A stretch of 21,676 bases of DNA from Candidatus Margulisiibacteriota bacterium (GTDB taxonomy: Bacteria > Margulisbacteria > WOR-1 > O2-12-FULL-45-9): NCBI GenBank assembly GCA_034723395.1, contig JAYEOW010000005.1, positions 1 to 21,676 on the forward strand, written 5' to 3'. Positions 9,631 to 17,877 of the stretch are shown here, piece by piece. Position 1 is the stretch's first letter, and every line of letters begins with the position of its first letter. A program made the translations under genes and the position numbers. Below the pieces are notes generated by a model that saw only the letters and a program-made list of their open reading frames with translations, made no database searches and was not told the DNA's origin.

Positions 9631-10031
9631 CTTTCATCCCCCTTTTTAATTAACCTAATCCTATCCTTTACTATATAAGAAACAATATACTCGGACACTT
9701 CCTCACCAACTCCAACAACAAGCCCTCTCCCCCCGACCTCTAATAAAGCCATCGGTCTTCCCCCACTGACCACCCCAACTAACCGAACATAGCCCGAGGT
9801 CAGGAGGATGGGCTCGCTATTGATCCTTAAGAGTATCTCTTCCTTGGCAAGATTATCCTTTTCGTTATAAACAAATACCGGCTTGCGGCTTTCCCCCTCT
9901 TTTGATGCAGGCAAATCCAGGAATGGTTCATCATCGGCAGCTGGCCGGGGATTAACAACGATCGCCTCTTTGGGAGAACAAGAGGAAAATAACAGAACCG
10001 GAATAATTAATAGGAGAATAATTTTTATCAC
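9627..10031 (-). CDS. Lipoprotein, possibly PilP/GspC-HR-like partner of the secretin
   Basis: Lipobox LFSS-C; C-terminal RLVGVVSGGRPMALLE...VGVGEEV...V..I..DRI pattern typical of PilP/GspC-like beta domains; ATGA overlap with the secretin. Confidence 0.65.
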   Translation of the reverse strand: MIKIILLLIIPVLLFSSCSPKEAIVVNPRPAADDEPFLDLPASKEGESRKPVFVYNEKDNLAKEEILLRINSEPILLTSGYVRLVGVVSGGRPMALLEVGGRGLVVGVGEEVSEYIVSYIVKDRIRLIKKGDER

Positions 10032-10156
10032 ACGTGCACCTCAAGAAAGGAGGAGCAATCTTATTGCCAGCCCTATTAAACACAAAAGTGTTCGGTTTAG
10101 TCGGAATTAAGACATTCGCTTGAGCATTTACGTCACTGGCCAGTTCGGATCAAGTT

Positions 10157-10426
10157 TTAATATCTGACCTGAAAATCTGAGAGACTTTCGGCTGCGGGTT
10201 CGGGATTGATAACTTCTTCGCGGATGTAAAACGCCATTGCAGTTTTTATTTCTTTAAGAAAGCTGTCTAAAGAGGGGCCTTTCCCTTCGGCAACCAACTC
10301 TACCCTTCCATCGGCGGAGTTCCTAACCCAACCTGTTATCTTATAACGGCGGGCGACCTCGACCGCAGTAAATCTAAACCCAACCCCATGCACATCACCC
10401 GAGTAATAGGCATGGATCCTTTTCAT
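10157..10426 (-). CDS. acyP: Acylphosphatase
   Basis: SGxVxGVGFR and GWVRNxxDGRVE signatures; TAATG coupling to hppA. Confidence 0.95.
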   Translation of the reverse strand: MKRIHAYYSGDVHGVGFRFTAVEVARRYKITGWVRNSADGRVELVAEGKGPSLDSFLKEIKTAMAFYIREEVINPEPAAESLSDFQVRY

Positions 10427-12429
10427 TAGAATTTAAATAGGGAGCTGATCACTGGATAAAATTTTGCGATCACCGGGCCAAAGACCAACGCAACGATTGA
10501 CATTAATTTTAGAAGGATATTAATTGACGGTCCGGATGTGTCCTTGAATGGATCACCAACCGTATCACCAACTACCGAAGCAGCATGGACCGGAGTTCCT
10601 TTGCCGCCTAGAAATCCATCTTCAACTAATTTCTTCGCATTATCCCAGGCACCGCCGCTGTTTGACATCATGATCGCCAACAAAACCCCAGTCGCTAATG
10701 CTCCGGCAAGAAATCCGCCCAGCGCGATCGGACCGAGCAAAAGGCCAACTACGATCGGGACAATAACGGCGAGCGAGCCAGGAATGACCATTTCTCTCAA
10801 TGCTGATCTGGTAGAGATATCTACACAGCGTTGGATGTCCGGCTTTGCTTTACCTTCCATAAGGCCGGTAATTGTCTTAAATTGATGACGGACCTCTTCG
10901 ACCATCGCGTAAGCGGCACGGCCGACCGCCTGCATGGTCAGCGCTGAGAAAACAAAAGGCATCAACGCGCCGATAAAAAAGCCGACCACAACTGTAATGT
11001 TTAAAAGGTTGATACTGGTTATCCCAACCGTCTGCGTATAAGCGGCAAATAAGGCTAAAGCCGTCAATGCCGCAGAACCGATCGCAAAACCTTTTCCGAT
11101 CGCCGCGGTCGTATTTCCTAACGAGTCGAGTTTATCGGTGATCTTTCTTGCTTCCGGAGGAAGATTCGCCATGGTTACGATCCCGCCCGCGTTATCAGCA
11201 ATCGGGCCATAAGCATCTACCGACATTAAAATCCCGATCGTCCCTAACATTCCGACGGCAGAAATCGCGACACCATAAAGCCCAACAAAGTTATAAGAGA
11301 TAAGCAAAGCGGCACAGATCGAAAGCATCGGCAAAGCAGTGCTTTTCATCCCGATCGCTAAACCATTAATAATATTCGTCGCCGCGCCGGTCTTACATGA
11401 TTCGGCCAAACCTTCAACCACCTTACCCGAAGTAAAGTACTCGGAAAAAAGGCCGATGGCAACACCGGCCAAAATCCCGGAAAGGATCGCCCAGAAAACA
11501 CCGATGTTCCCTGGCAGCAACCAGTTAACGATAAAGAATGAGGCGCCGATAAAAAGTGCGCCGGCAACATAGGTGGCATAACGCAGAGCCGCGGCCGGAT
11601 TGATATCTTGAATAAAATTGATAAAAACCGTTCCGATAAACGAGGCAATTGTTCCTGCGGCAACCAAAAGAAGGGGAAGCATCATCCAGGAGATAGCCAT
11701 CTTTGGCATTAACACACCAAGGGCAATAGTTGCTACGACCGAACCGACATAAGATTCGAACAAATCGGCTCCCATACCGGCAACATCGCCAACGTTATCC
11801 CCAACATTATCGGCGATGACCGCTGGATTGCGCGGATCATCTTCGGGGATCCCCGCTTCAACTTTACCGACCAGATCAGCACCGACATCAGCAGACTTGG
11901 TGTAGATCCCTCCGCCGACGCGGGCAAAAAGGGCGATCGAAGAAGCCCCCATGGAAAAACCTGAGATAACCACCGCTTTCGTTTTTAAGTCTGGAACAAA
12001 CCACCAGATAAGCGCAAGGCCGATGATCCCTAAGCTGGCAATCGACATCCCCATTACCGCGCCACCCTTAAAAGCGGTCCCGAGCGATTTTCCTTGATTG
12101 CCGCTAGCGGCCGCGCTTGCGGTGCGAACATTTGCTTTTGTAGCCGCTTGCATTCCTATATAACCGGCAACCATCGAAAAGATCCCACCGGCAAGATAAG
12201 AAAGGGCAACTTTATAACCGATAAAGGTCAAAATCGCCAAAAAGACGATCGCCATAAAAGCGGCCAAGCTGATATACTGCCTTTTTAGGTAGGCCATCGC
12301 CCCTTTATAGATCGAATTTGCGATCTCCTGCATCCTTTCGGACCCTGCATCCATCCGTATAACACTCCAAAGCAGGTTAAAAGCGTAGATCATCCCCAAA
12401 ATACCGACACCTAAAATCATATAAATCAT
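10426..12429 (-). CDS. hppA: Membrane-bound ion-translocating pyrophosphatase, K+-dependent (probably Na+-pumping)
   Basis: [27 protein letters not shown], DxxGPxx[34 protein letters not shown]. Confidence 0.97.
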   Translation of the reverse strand: MIYMILGVGILGMIYAFNLLWSVIRMDAGSERMQEIANSIYKGAMAYLKRQYISLAAFMAIVFLAILTFIGYKVALSYLAGGIFSMVAGYIGMQAATKANVRTASAAASGNQGKSLGTAFKGGAVMGMSIASLGIIGLALIWWFVPDLKTKAVVISGFSMGASSIALFARVGGGIYTKSADVGADLVGKVEAGIPEDDPRNPAVIADNVGDNVGDVAGMGADLFESYVGSVVATIALGVLMPKMAISWMMLPLLLVAAGTIASFIGTVFINFIQDINPAAALRYATYVAGALFIGASFFIVNWLLPGNIGVFWAILSGILAGVAIGLFSEYFTSGKVVEGLAESCKTGAATNIINGLAIGMKSTALPMLSICAALLISYNFVGLYGVAISAVGMLGTIGILMSVDAYGPIADNAGGIVTMANLPPEARKITDKLDSLGNTTAAIGKGFAIGSAALTALALFAAYTQTVGITSINLLNITVVVGFFIGALMPFVFSALTMQAVGRAAYAMVEEVRHQFKTITGLMEGKAKPDIQRCVDISTRSALREMVIPGSLAVIVPIVVGLLLGPIALGGFLAGALATGVLLAIMMSNSGGAWDNAKKLVEDGFLGGKGTPVHAASVVGDTVGDPFKDTSGPSINILLKLMSIVALVFGPVIAKFYPVISSLFKF

Positions 12430-12467
12430 TTTTTTACCCCTTTCATTTTAAAAACACACGAGCTCTG

Positions 12468-12496
12468 ATTATAAGCCAGACATGGAATGGTGTCAA
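12468..12496 (-). promoter_or_regulatory. Perfect sigma70 consensus promoter for hppA-acyP
   Basis: Minus strand TTGACA(12496-12491)-N17-TATAAT(12473-12468). Confidence 0.85.
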
Positions 12497-12509
12497 GATT
12501 ACCCGATTA

Positions 12510-12518
12510 TGCTAAAAT
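12510..12518 (+). promoter_or_regulatory. Extended -10 element (TGnTAAAAT); probable leaderless transcript of the JAB gene
   Basis: TGCTAAAAT ends 6 nt before GTG 12525; no SD sequence present. Confidence 0.55.
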
Positions 12519-12524
12519 GTAATC

Positions 12525-13106
12525 GTGTTTGTAATTACCGAACACCAATATAATATAATAATGAAACAGGCGCAGGCCTGTTACCCCCAGGAAAGCGGCG
12601 GTTTTCTTGGGGGACGGGAGAACACGATCCTGGGAGTCCTCCCCATCCCCAACAAGCATCTTTATGACCGCACCGAAACCTTTGGGATGACCCAAGATGA
12701 CCTCGACCTTGCTTACCGGTTCCTGGTTAAACATAATCTTGAATATATGGGGATATATCACAGCCACCCTAAGGGGGTCCCGCTCCCATCCGAACAGGAC
12801 CTTTCCCATAAACAGAAGTATCTTTTTATCGTGGGGCTGCGCGACCGGTACAATCCAGAATTATATGCCTGGAGAGTTGAAGGAAAAAATGTTTACCAGG
12901 AAGATATAAAAATAATTAGTGATGCTGGCATAACAGTAGTTGATATCACGACCGGCCAGCCAAAACTATCCGAAAGCGCTCCCAAACAGGAGATGGACCG
13001 GATCGCTGACATGATCGACGATCTAGTTATCGAAGGCAAGGAGCCGGAATATAAAAAATCTGGCCCGATAAAATGGGATGCATCGAGTTTTTCTACCTTT
13101 GCTTAA
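12525..13106 (+). CDS. JAB/MPN+/Mov34 (M67) metallo-isopeptidase with C-terminal extension
   Basis: PxExxGxL N-terminal Glu and intact JAMM motif YHSHPxxxxxPSxxD. Confidence 0.9.
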   Translation: MFVITEHQYNIIMKQAQACYPQESGGFLGGRENTILGVLPIPNKHLYDRTETFGMTQDDLDLAYRFLVKHNLEYMGIYHSHPKGVPLPSEQDLSHKQKYLFIVGLRDRYNPELYAWRVEGKNVYQEDIKIISDAGITVVDITTGQPKLSESAPKQEMDRIADMIDDLVIEGKEPEYKKSGPIKWDASSFSTFA

Positions 13107-13116
13107 CCTTTTAACA

Positions 13117-13893
13117 ATGAGAAAATTATTTATAACAATCCTAACCATACTTCTACTGTTCCCTTTAGCTTCATCTCCAGCTTATTCAATAGCTATAAAG
13201 GCAAACCATCTCCAGAAAAAATTCACCCTGATCTCCCGGGAAAAGGAAAGCGGCGCCGAACGCTGGCGGAGCACGATTACCGGTAAAACGCTCAAACACG
13301 AAGGAGAAACCTTTATATATCTCGAAGCAATTGGTGAAGAAGGAAACCTGAAAGACGAAAGCCATAAAACCTGGAAATCTACCAGCTACTCCTATCTGGC
13401 GGATGGGAAAATCATTCCTTACTCTGTCAAGGTCAAGATCAATAATCATCAAGGGGAAATTACCGATGATATCGAGATTTTCTATGATCGGAAAAACAAA
13501 AAAGCAATTTGCAGGATTAATGATAAACATGAAGAATTCGACATAAATGGCAATATTGCTGACAAGCAAACCTTTGCAATTGTAATGATGGCTTTCCCTT
13601 TTAAGGGAAAAACCATGGAAAAATATTCTCTTTTAAGCTACGAACCCAAACTATACCAGCTGGAAGTGAGGCGCAGGGGAATAGAAAACATAAATGTTAA
13701 CGGCCGGGAGATTGAATGCTACAAACTGGAGATGGTTTTCAACCTCGGATTTCTAAATATATTCGACCTCTTCCTTCCCAAGTTTTACCTGTGGTACGAG
13801 ACCGCACCCCCACATTATTTTGTAAGATATGAAGGGTTGGAGAACGGGCTGTGGACCCCGTATGTCCTAGTAGAAGCAATTATTCACGAGTGA
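13117..13893 (+). CDS. Exported hypothetical protein, DUF3108-like beta-rich
   Basis: Start moved to ATG 13117 (MRKLFITILTILLLFPLASSPAYS signal peptide); C-terminal ExIxVxGxxIECYKL...LWY...PHxxVRYEG pattern. Family call is tentative. Confidence 0.65.
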   Translation: MRKLFITILTILLLFPLASSPAYSIAIKANHLQKKFTLISREKESGAERWRSTITGKTLKHEGETFIYLEAIGEEGNLKDESHKTWKSTSYSYLADGKIIPYSVKVKINNHQGEITDDIEIFYDRKNKKAICRINDKHEEFDINGNIADKQTFAIVMMAFPFKGKTMEKYSLLSYEPKLYQLEVRRRGIENINVNGREIECYKLEMVFNLGFLNIFDLFLPKFYLWYETAPPHYFVRYEGLENGLWTPYVLVEAIIHE

Positions 13894-13902
13894 TTTTTAG
13901 CC

Positions 13903-13929
13903 GAAATTCGCCGCGCATTATTCCGATAA
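13903..13929 (+). promoter_or_regulatory. Second sigma28-like motif with no sense gene downstream
   Basis: GAAATT(13903-13908)-N14-CCGATA(13923-13928), same hexamers and spacing as 151-176. Confidence 0.4.
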
Positions 13930-13932
13930 TCC

Positions 13933-15033
13933 CTAAAAGTTGTGCCGCATCTTAACAAAGACGATCTTACTTCCGATAAATCCGCTTGAGTCATCTTGGT
14001 CAGTCGGCATATATTCAGACCCCGATTCCCCTCCATAAAAGAGCGCTTCCAGGCTGACGTCCACGTCCTGCCACATATTATATGAAAAAGAGGGATAGAC
14101 CAAGTGGCTCATGTCGTCCGCATTCATCAGGATTGATAGGTTTATTGTCGTAAGCTCATCCAGCGCTTTTTGGAAGCCGAGATAAAAATAATCCATCCCC
14201 AGCTGCTGAATATCTCCCGCCAAATAACTAGCCCAGTCATAATCTGCTTTTTTCTTCTTTCCCAAGCCGTTGAAAAAGTACTCTGAATTGATATACCAGC
14301 CGTTTTCAAAAGTGTAATCCACTCCAAAAACAAATTTAAAATATCGATTAGTTTCGGCAGAACTTACCAGCGCAATCTCTTTTCTTATCCCCAAATCGAA
14401 TAGTTCCCCCGCCCCGTCGATCCCAAACTGAAAACCAGCATCGCCTTGATCGACATAATTCGCCGAAACATCATAATCATCGATATTAGTTTTATATCTT
14501 ATCGCCTTTGTTGTACTTTTCCATTCCTTACCTGCAATTGCAAAAGCATCGATGTGCGAAGCCTCCCCTAACGGGATCTCAAATCTTGCTGCGATCTCAT
14601 CCTCTTCGTCCTCTTCGGAAACCGCAAAAGAGAGGGTGAAAGGATTTAAAACATCAGTCGGATTCCAGATATAGCCGGTCCCCCATGCAATACGTTGTTT
14701 TCCGAGGGTAATATCAACTTGGGGGTAATATAACTTTACGTACGCGCGGTCCCAATTTAGCTGATCTATGCCGGAAACATCGCTAATTAAAGGGAGCGGT
14801 CCGGACTTGACCAATGTATCGTACTCAGGCTCAAAATGGAACAGAATATTTTCACGCGGCTGCGCATCGATCTTTAAACGAAGTTTATTCAGGTCCCCAA
14901 CCATCCCGCCGCCGGTTCGCTTAACTATCCCAACCAGGTTGTTTTCGTAATAACCGCCGACCTCAACCGCTGTCGCGGTAATGACAAATGCCAAATTAAA
15001 AATGACAAATGCTAGTAAAATCTTTTTTATCAT
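13933..15033 (-). CDS. Putative outer-membrane beta-barrel protein
   Basis: Signal peptide; RAYV...DITLGKQRIAWG...WNPTDVLNP porin-like motif; alternating beta strands; C-terminal Phe; last gene of the ABC/LolA-like operon. Confidence 0.75.
   Translation of the reverse strand: MIKKILLAFVIFNLAFVITATAVEVGGYYENNLVGIVKRTGGGMVGDLNKLRLKIDAQPRENILFHFEPEYDTLVKSGPLPLISDVSGIDQLNWDRAYVKLYYPQVDITLGKQRIAWGTGYIWNPTDVLNPFTLSFAVSEEDEEDEIAARFEIPLGEASHIDAFAIAGKEWKSTTKAIRYKTNIDDYDVSANYVDQGDAGFQFGIDGAGELFDLGIRKEIALVSSAETNRYFKFVFGVDYTFENGWYINSEYFFNGLGKKKKADYDWASYLAGDIQQLGMDYFYLGFQKALDELTTINLSILMNADDMSHLVYPSFSYNMWQDVDVSLEALFYGGESGSEYMPTDQDDSSGFIGSKIVFVKMRHNF
14980..15014. repeat. Five tandem heptamers AATGACA AATGCCA AATTAAA AATGACA AATGCTA inside a signal-peptide coding region
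   Basis: Read directly; the reverse strand encodes LAFVIFNLAFVI. Confidence 0.75.
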
Positions 15034-15785
15034 TTCAGGAATATTATACTTCTATACTTGTATAGTAGCCATTGCAAATATCGTTTCCGCTTCCAAAACC
15101 CACTCAACAGTATCTGGTATTTCTTCTGAAGCTCGCCCAAAACTAACCGTCTCTGATCATTATTTAATTTTTCAGCGGATAACTTCCCCAAAGCCTTGAT
15201 CCGAAAACGGTCCATCCCCCAATATTTCTTCGAAAGCTGGTCGGGATGCCCGCCCCTTTTAGTGATCAATTTCTCGTCAAGGAAAGCTATGGGATGGATT
15301 AAAGACAATCGCAGCCAGAGATCATAATCCTCGCAAACCGGCAAGGATTCATCAAATCCGCCCAGACTATTAAACAGTTCTTTGGTCATTAAGATCGAAG
15401 AGGCGCTGATAATACAAAGCGGGAGACACTCATCAAAAATCCAACCGTGAAATTTCCGATGCTTTTTCATTTGGTTAAGATGCTTGCCGTTACGGATCCA
15501 CTTCTCATCCGTATAGCAAGCCTTAAACCTTCGGTTCTTTTTTAAATATTCGATCTGTCTTTTCAGTTTCTTCTTATCCCACAAATCATCAGAATCGAGA
15601 AAAGCGAGATATTTACCATTTGCTTTTTCCGCTCCGCGATTACGCGCCCATGCCGCCCCTCTCCCCATCACGTCATCAATAATGATCAGTTCAAAATCCC
15701 TATAAGTTTGAGCCTTGACCGAGGCAATCGCCTCTCGAGTAAATTTTGGACGGTTATGCGTTGGAATAATTACAGAGACAAGCAT
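15030..15785 (-). CDS. Glycosyltransferase family 2 (GT-A)
   Basis: VSVIIPTHNR, ELIIIDD, ARNxG, AFLDSDD, GGFDE, EDYDLWLR. Confidence 0.93.
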   Translation of the reverse strand: MLVSVIIPTHNRPKFTREAIASVKAQTYRDFELIIIDDVMGRGAAWARNRGAEKANGKYLAFLDSDDLWDKKKLKRQIEYLKKNRRFKACYTDEKWIRNGKHLNQMKKHRKFHGWIFDECLPLCIISASSILMTKELFNSLGGFDESLPVCEDYDLWLRLSLIHPIAFLDEKLITKRGGHPDQLSKKYWGMDRFRIKALGKLSAEKLNNDQRRLVLGELQKKYQILLSGFWKRKRYLQWLLYKYRSIIFLK

Positions 15786-15788
15786 TGA

Positions 15789-16664
15789 TTACTTCTTAAG
15801 ATTTCTTTGGGTAAAGATCCCGGCCGGCAATCGAACATCAAATTGTGCTTTTGTAACAAACATCTCAGTCAATGAATCTTTGCGCAGCATATTTTTCATC
15901 GTCACATATAAAGGATAATAACGTTTGCCAAATCTTTTAATATCAGATAGAGTCGTGACCTTTAATTTCTTCCCCGACTTTGCAAACAGCTCTTCTTTTA
16001 CCGGCACAAAGGTCTTTTTGTTTACCCAAATCTTTCTCCGATAATAAGTTACATCTTTTACTTTTGCGGTTAGGTCCAAAACATAACATGGGTAATTAAC
16101 TGTTGTTATTTTCTTCCCTTTACGAACTTTAACCGGGATTGTCTCTTGGTCAACCAATTTAATACTGTATTTTTCACGCAGCTTGTTGCTTTCCAGCGCG
16201 TCTTCGTAGCTAAAATCAGACCCCATCATCGATTGCCGCAGCATATGCCCGGAGATCTTAATGATCTTTTCAACCGACGGCAGATACATCCACATATTGT
16301 CATCGATCTTTAAATATTTAACGCCCTTATCCCGAGCTGGATAGGTGAATTCCGCGAACGATCTATCTCTCCCCTGCGCCCAGCTGACCAGCTTCTTGGT
16401 GCGGACCTGTTTGCGGACATGAATGATCATCGTGGTTTCAAAACGACCCGTACCATAAGTCATATTCGCATCAACTTTATCTATTATTTGTGCGCCAGTT
16501 AGAGCAACTGCATTCGTGCTAAGTAACAAGAGACAAGATACAAGATACAAATAAATCCCAAATCTCAATATCCAATCACCAATAAAATAATGTTTGGTTA
16601 TTGATTTTTGATTATTGATTATTATTTGGTTATTGTATCTTGTATCTTGGTTATTAGATTTCAC
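15789..16664 (-). CDS. Outer-membrane lipoprotein-sorting (LolA-like) protein
   Basis: FTYPARDKGVKYL, MWMYLPS, SMMGSDFSYED, terminal FTQRNL motifs. Start placed at GTG 16664 (GGAGG 6 nt upstream, overlapping the permease end), giving 291 aa. Confidence 0.88.
   Translation of the reverse strand: MKSNNQDTRYNNQIIINNQKSITKHYFIGDWILRFGIYLYLVSCLLLLSTNAVALTGAQIIDKVDANMTYGTGRFETTMIIHVRKQVRTKKLVSWAQGRDRSFAEFTYPARDKGVKYLKIDDNMWMYLPSVEKIIKISGHMLRQSMMGSDFSYEDALESNKLREKYSIKLVDQETIPVKVRKGKKITTVNYPCYVLDLTAKVKDVTYYRRKIWVNKKTFVPVKEELFAKSGKKLKVTTLSDIKRFGKRYYPLYVTMKNMLRKDSLTEMFVTKAQFDVRLPAGIFTQRNLKK
16521..16655. repeat. 135-nt imperfect palindrome built from AAnnnnC heptamers
   Basis: Arms 16521-16580 and 16596-16655 are each 4 heptamers + AAAT + 4 heptamers (60 nt) in inverted orientation around a 15-nt spacer. 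Confidence 0.9.
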
Positions 16665-17877
16665 GCAATGCCTCCGTCGGTTCCATTTTTGATGCTCGCA
16701 GTGCAGGTGGGATCGCAGCCACAACTGAGAACACTACCCCCATGCAGAATCCAAAAAGGATAATGGTCCAGCGAAAGACCGCCCGATAAACATAACCGAG
16801 CGGCATATTAAATTCTCCCATCTGCTCAAATAGATGGGTAAAATCGATCCCTTCGGTTGCCAGATAATAAGCAATCCCCGACCCAAGCAGCATGCCGATA
16901 AAACTGGCAAATACTCCGATCAACATTGCTTCGATCAAAATTACCCCCATCACCTGCCGGTCCTTCATCCCCAGCGCCTTCATCATCCCGATCTCTTTGG
17001 TCCGCTCGAGCACCGACATAAACATCGTGTTTAAGATCGTAAAACTGGCCAGGAAAAGAATAATAAAATAAATTACTCCATACATATTTTTTGCCAGATT
17101 CATATAAAAGAACATAATCCCCTGGTCCTGCCACGGGACCGCGGCATAATCGCTCCCCAACTTTGTCTCGAGCTCTCTAGCGACCAGAGGAGCGTGTTTT
17201 GGATCTTTGACCAAAACAAAAATCTCGGTAGCGGCTCCCTCCAAATCTAGAAGCTCTTGTGCTTTATCGAGCGGGAGGAAGAAGATCGTTCCATCAAAGC
17301 TCGGAACACTAAAACTAAAAATCCCGACGATCTTTAGGTTCATCGCCGCGATCGATCCATAAGCGGTTTGGGTAACGATCGTTAAGGTGTCGCCTAATTT
17401 TAAGCCGAGTTCCCGGGCCAACTTATCTCCGATGTTGATCTCTTCCCTACCAAGAACGATTGCGCGGCCTTTAACGATCTGTTTCGATAGAGAAAATACT
17501 TTCTCAGCCTTGGCTGGTTCAATCCCCATCCCCATCGTCGGTTTATTATTCCCTTCATTATCCAAAAGAACGCCGAATTTAATGCGTGGAGAAGTTAAAG
17601 TAACCGCCGGATTGGATTCAACGATCTTTTGCACTTCAGGATAATTGGGAATATTTGATTCGAGCGGCATCATTTTTTCTCTTTTAACATATTCAGAATT
17701 CAGCACTCGTACATGCCCGCTGGTTAGACGGATAAAATTATCAAATAATCCATCCACCACTCCGCTGATCAGCGACCAGAGATAGATCGCCACCATTACC
17801 GCGACCATGATCGACATCCCGGTCAGTGCGGTCCGCCGCTTGTTCCGTAATATATTTCTTAAAGCTATTTTAAACAT
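16654..17877 (-). CDS. ABC transporter permease, LolC/E-MacB/FtsX family
   Basis: IALRNILRNKRRT, large periplasmic domain, NTMFMSVLERTKEIGMMKALG, PAxRASKMEPxEAL. Confidence 0.93.
   Translation of the reverse strand: MFKIALRNILRNKRRTALTGMSIMVAVMVAIYLWSLISGVVDGLFDNFIRLTSGHVRVLNSEYVKREKMMPLESNIPNYPEVQKIVESNPAVTLTSPRIKFGVLLDNEGNNKPTMGMGIEPAKAEKVFSLSKQIVKGRAIVLGREEINIGDKLARELGLKLGDTLTIVTQTAYGSIAAMNLKIVGIFSFSVPSFDGTIFFLPLDKAQELLDLEGAATEIFVLVKDPKHAPLVARELETKLGSDYAAVPWQDQGIMFFYMNLAKNMYGVIYFIILFLASFTILNTMFMSVLERTKEIGMMKALGMKDRQVMGVILIEAMLIGVFASFIGMLLGSGIAYYLATEGIDFTHLFEQMGEFNMPLGYVYRAVFRWTIILFGFCMGVVFSVVAAIPPALRASKMEPTEALREI

Noticed and set aside
10032..10156. Riboswitch or pilO remnant upstream of the secretin pair
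   Set aside because: No recognisable aptamer motif or convincing ORF by eye; an Rfam/tBLASTn search would be needed.
13078..13116. Longer start for the exported protein
   Set aside because: Overlaps the JAB gene; ATG 13117 gives a clean signal peptide.
12525..13893. CBASS or bacterial ubiquitination defence locus
   Set aside because: No CD-NTase, E1/E2, Ubl or effector gene adjacent.
14981..15199. 72-aa plus-strand ORF starting MTNAKLKMTNA
   Set aside because: By-product of the heptamer repeat, antisense to two real genes.
16521..16655. CRISPR array or rho-independent terminator
   Set aside because: No repeat-spacer structure; AT-rich, imperfect and inside a reading frame.
16665..16724. 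Longer start for the LolA-like ORF given in the track
   Set aside because: Overlaps the permease extensively; GTG 16664 has a well-spaced GGAGG.
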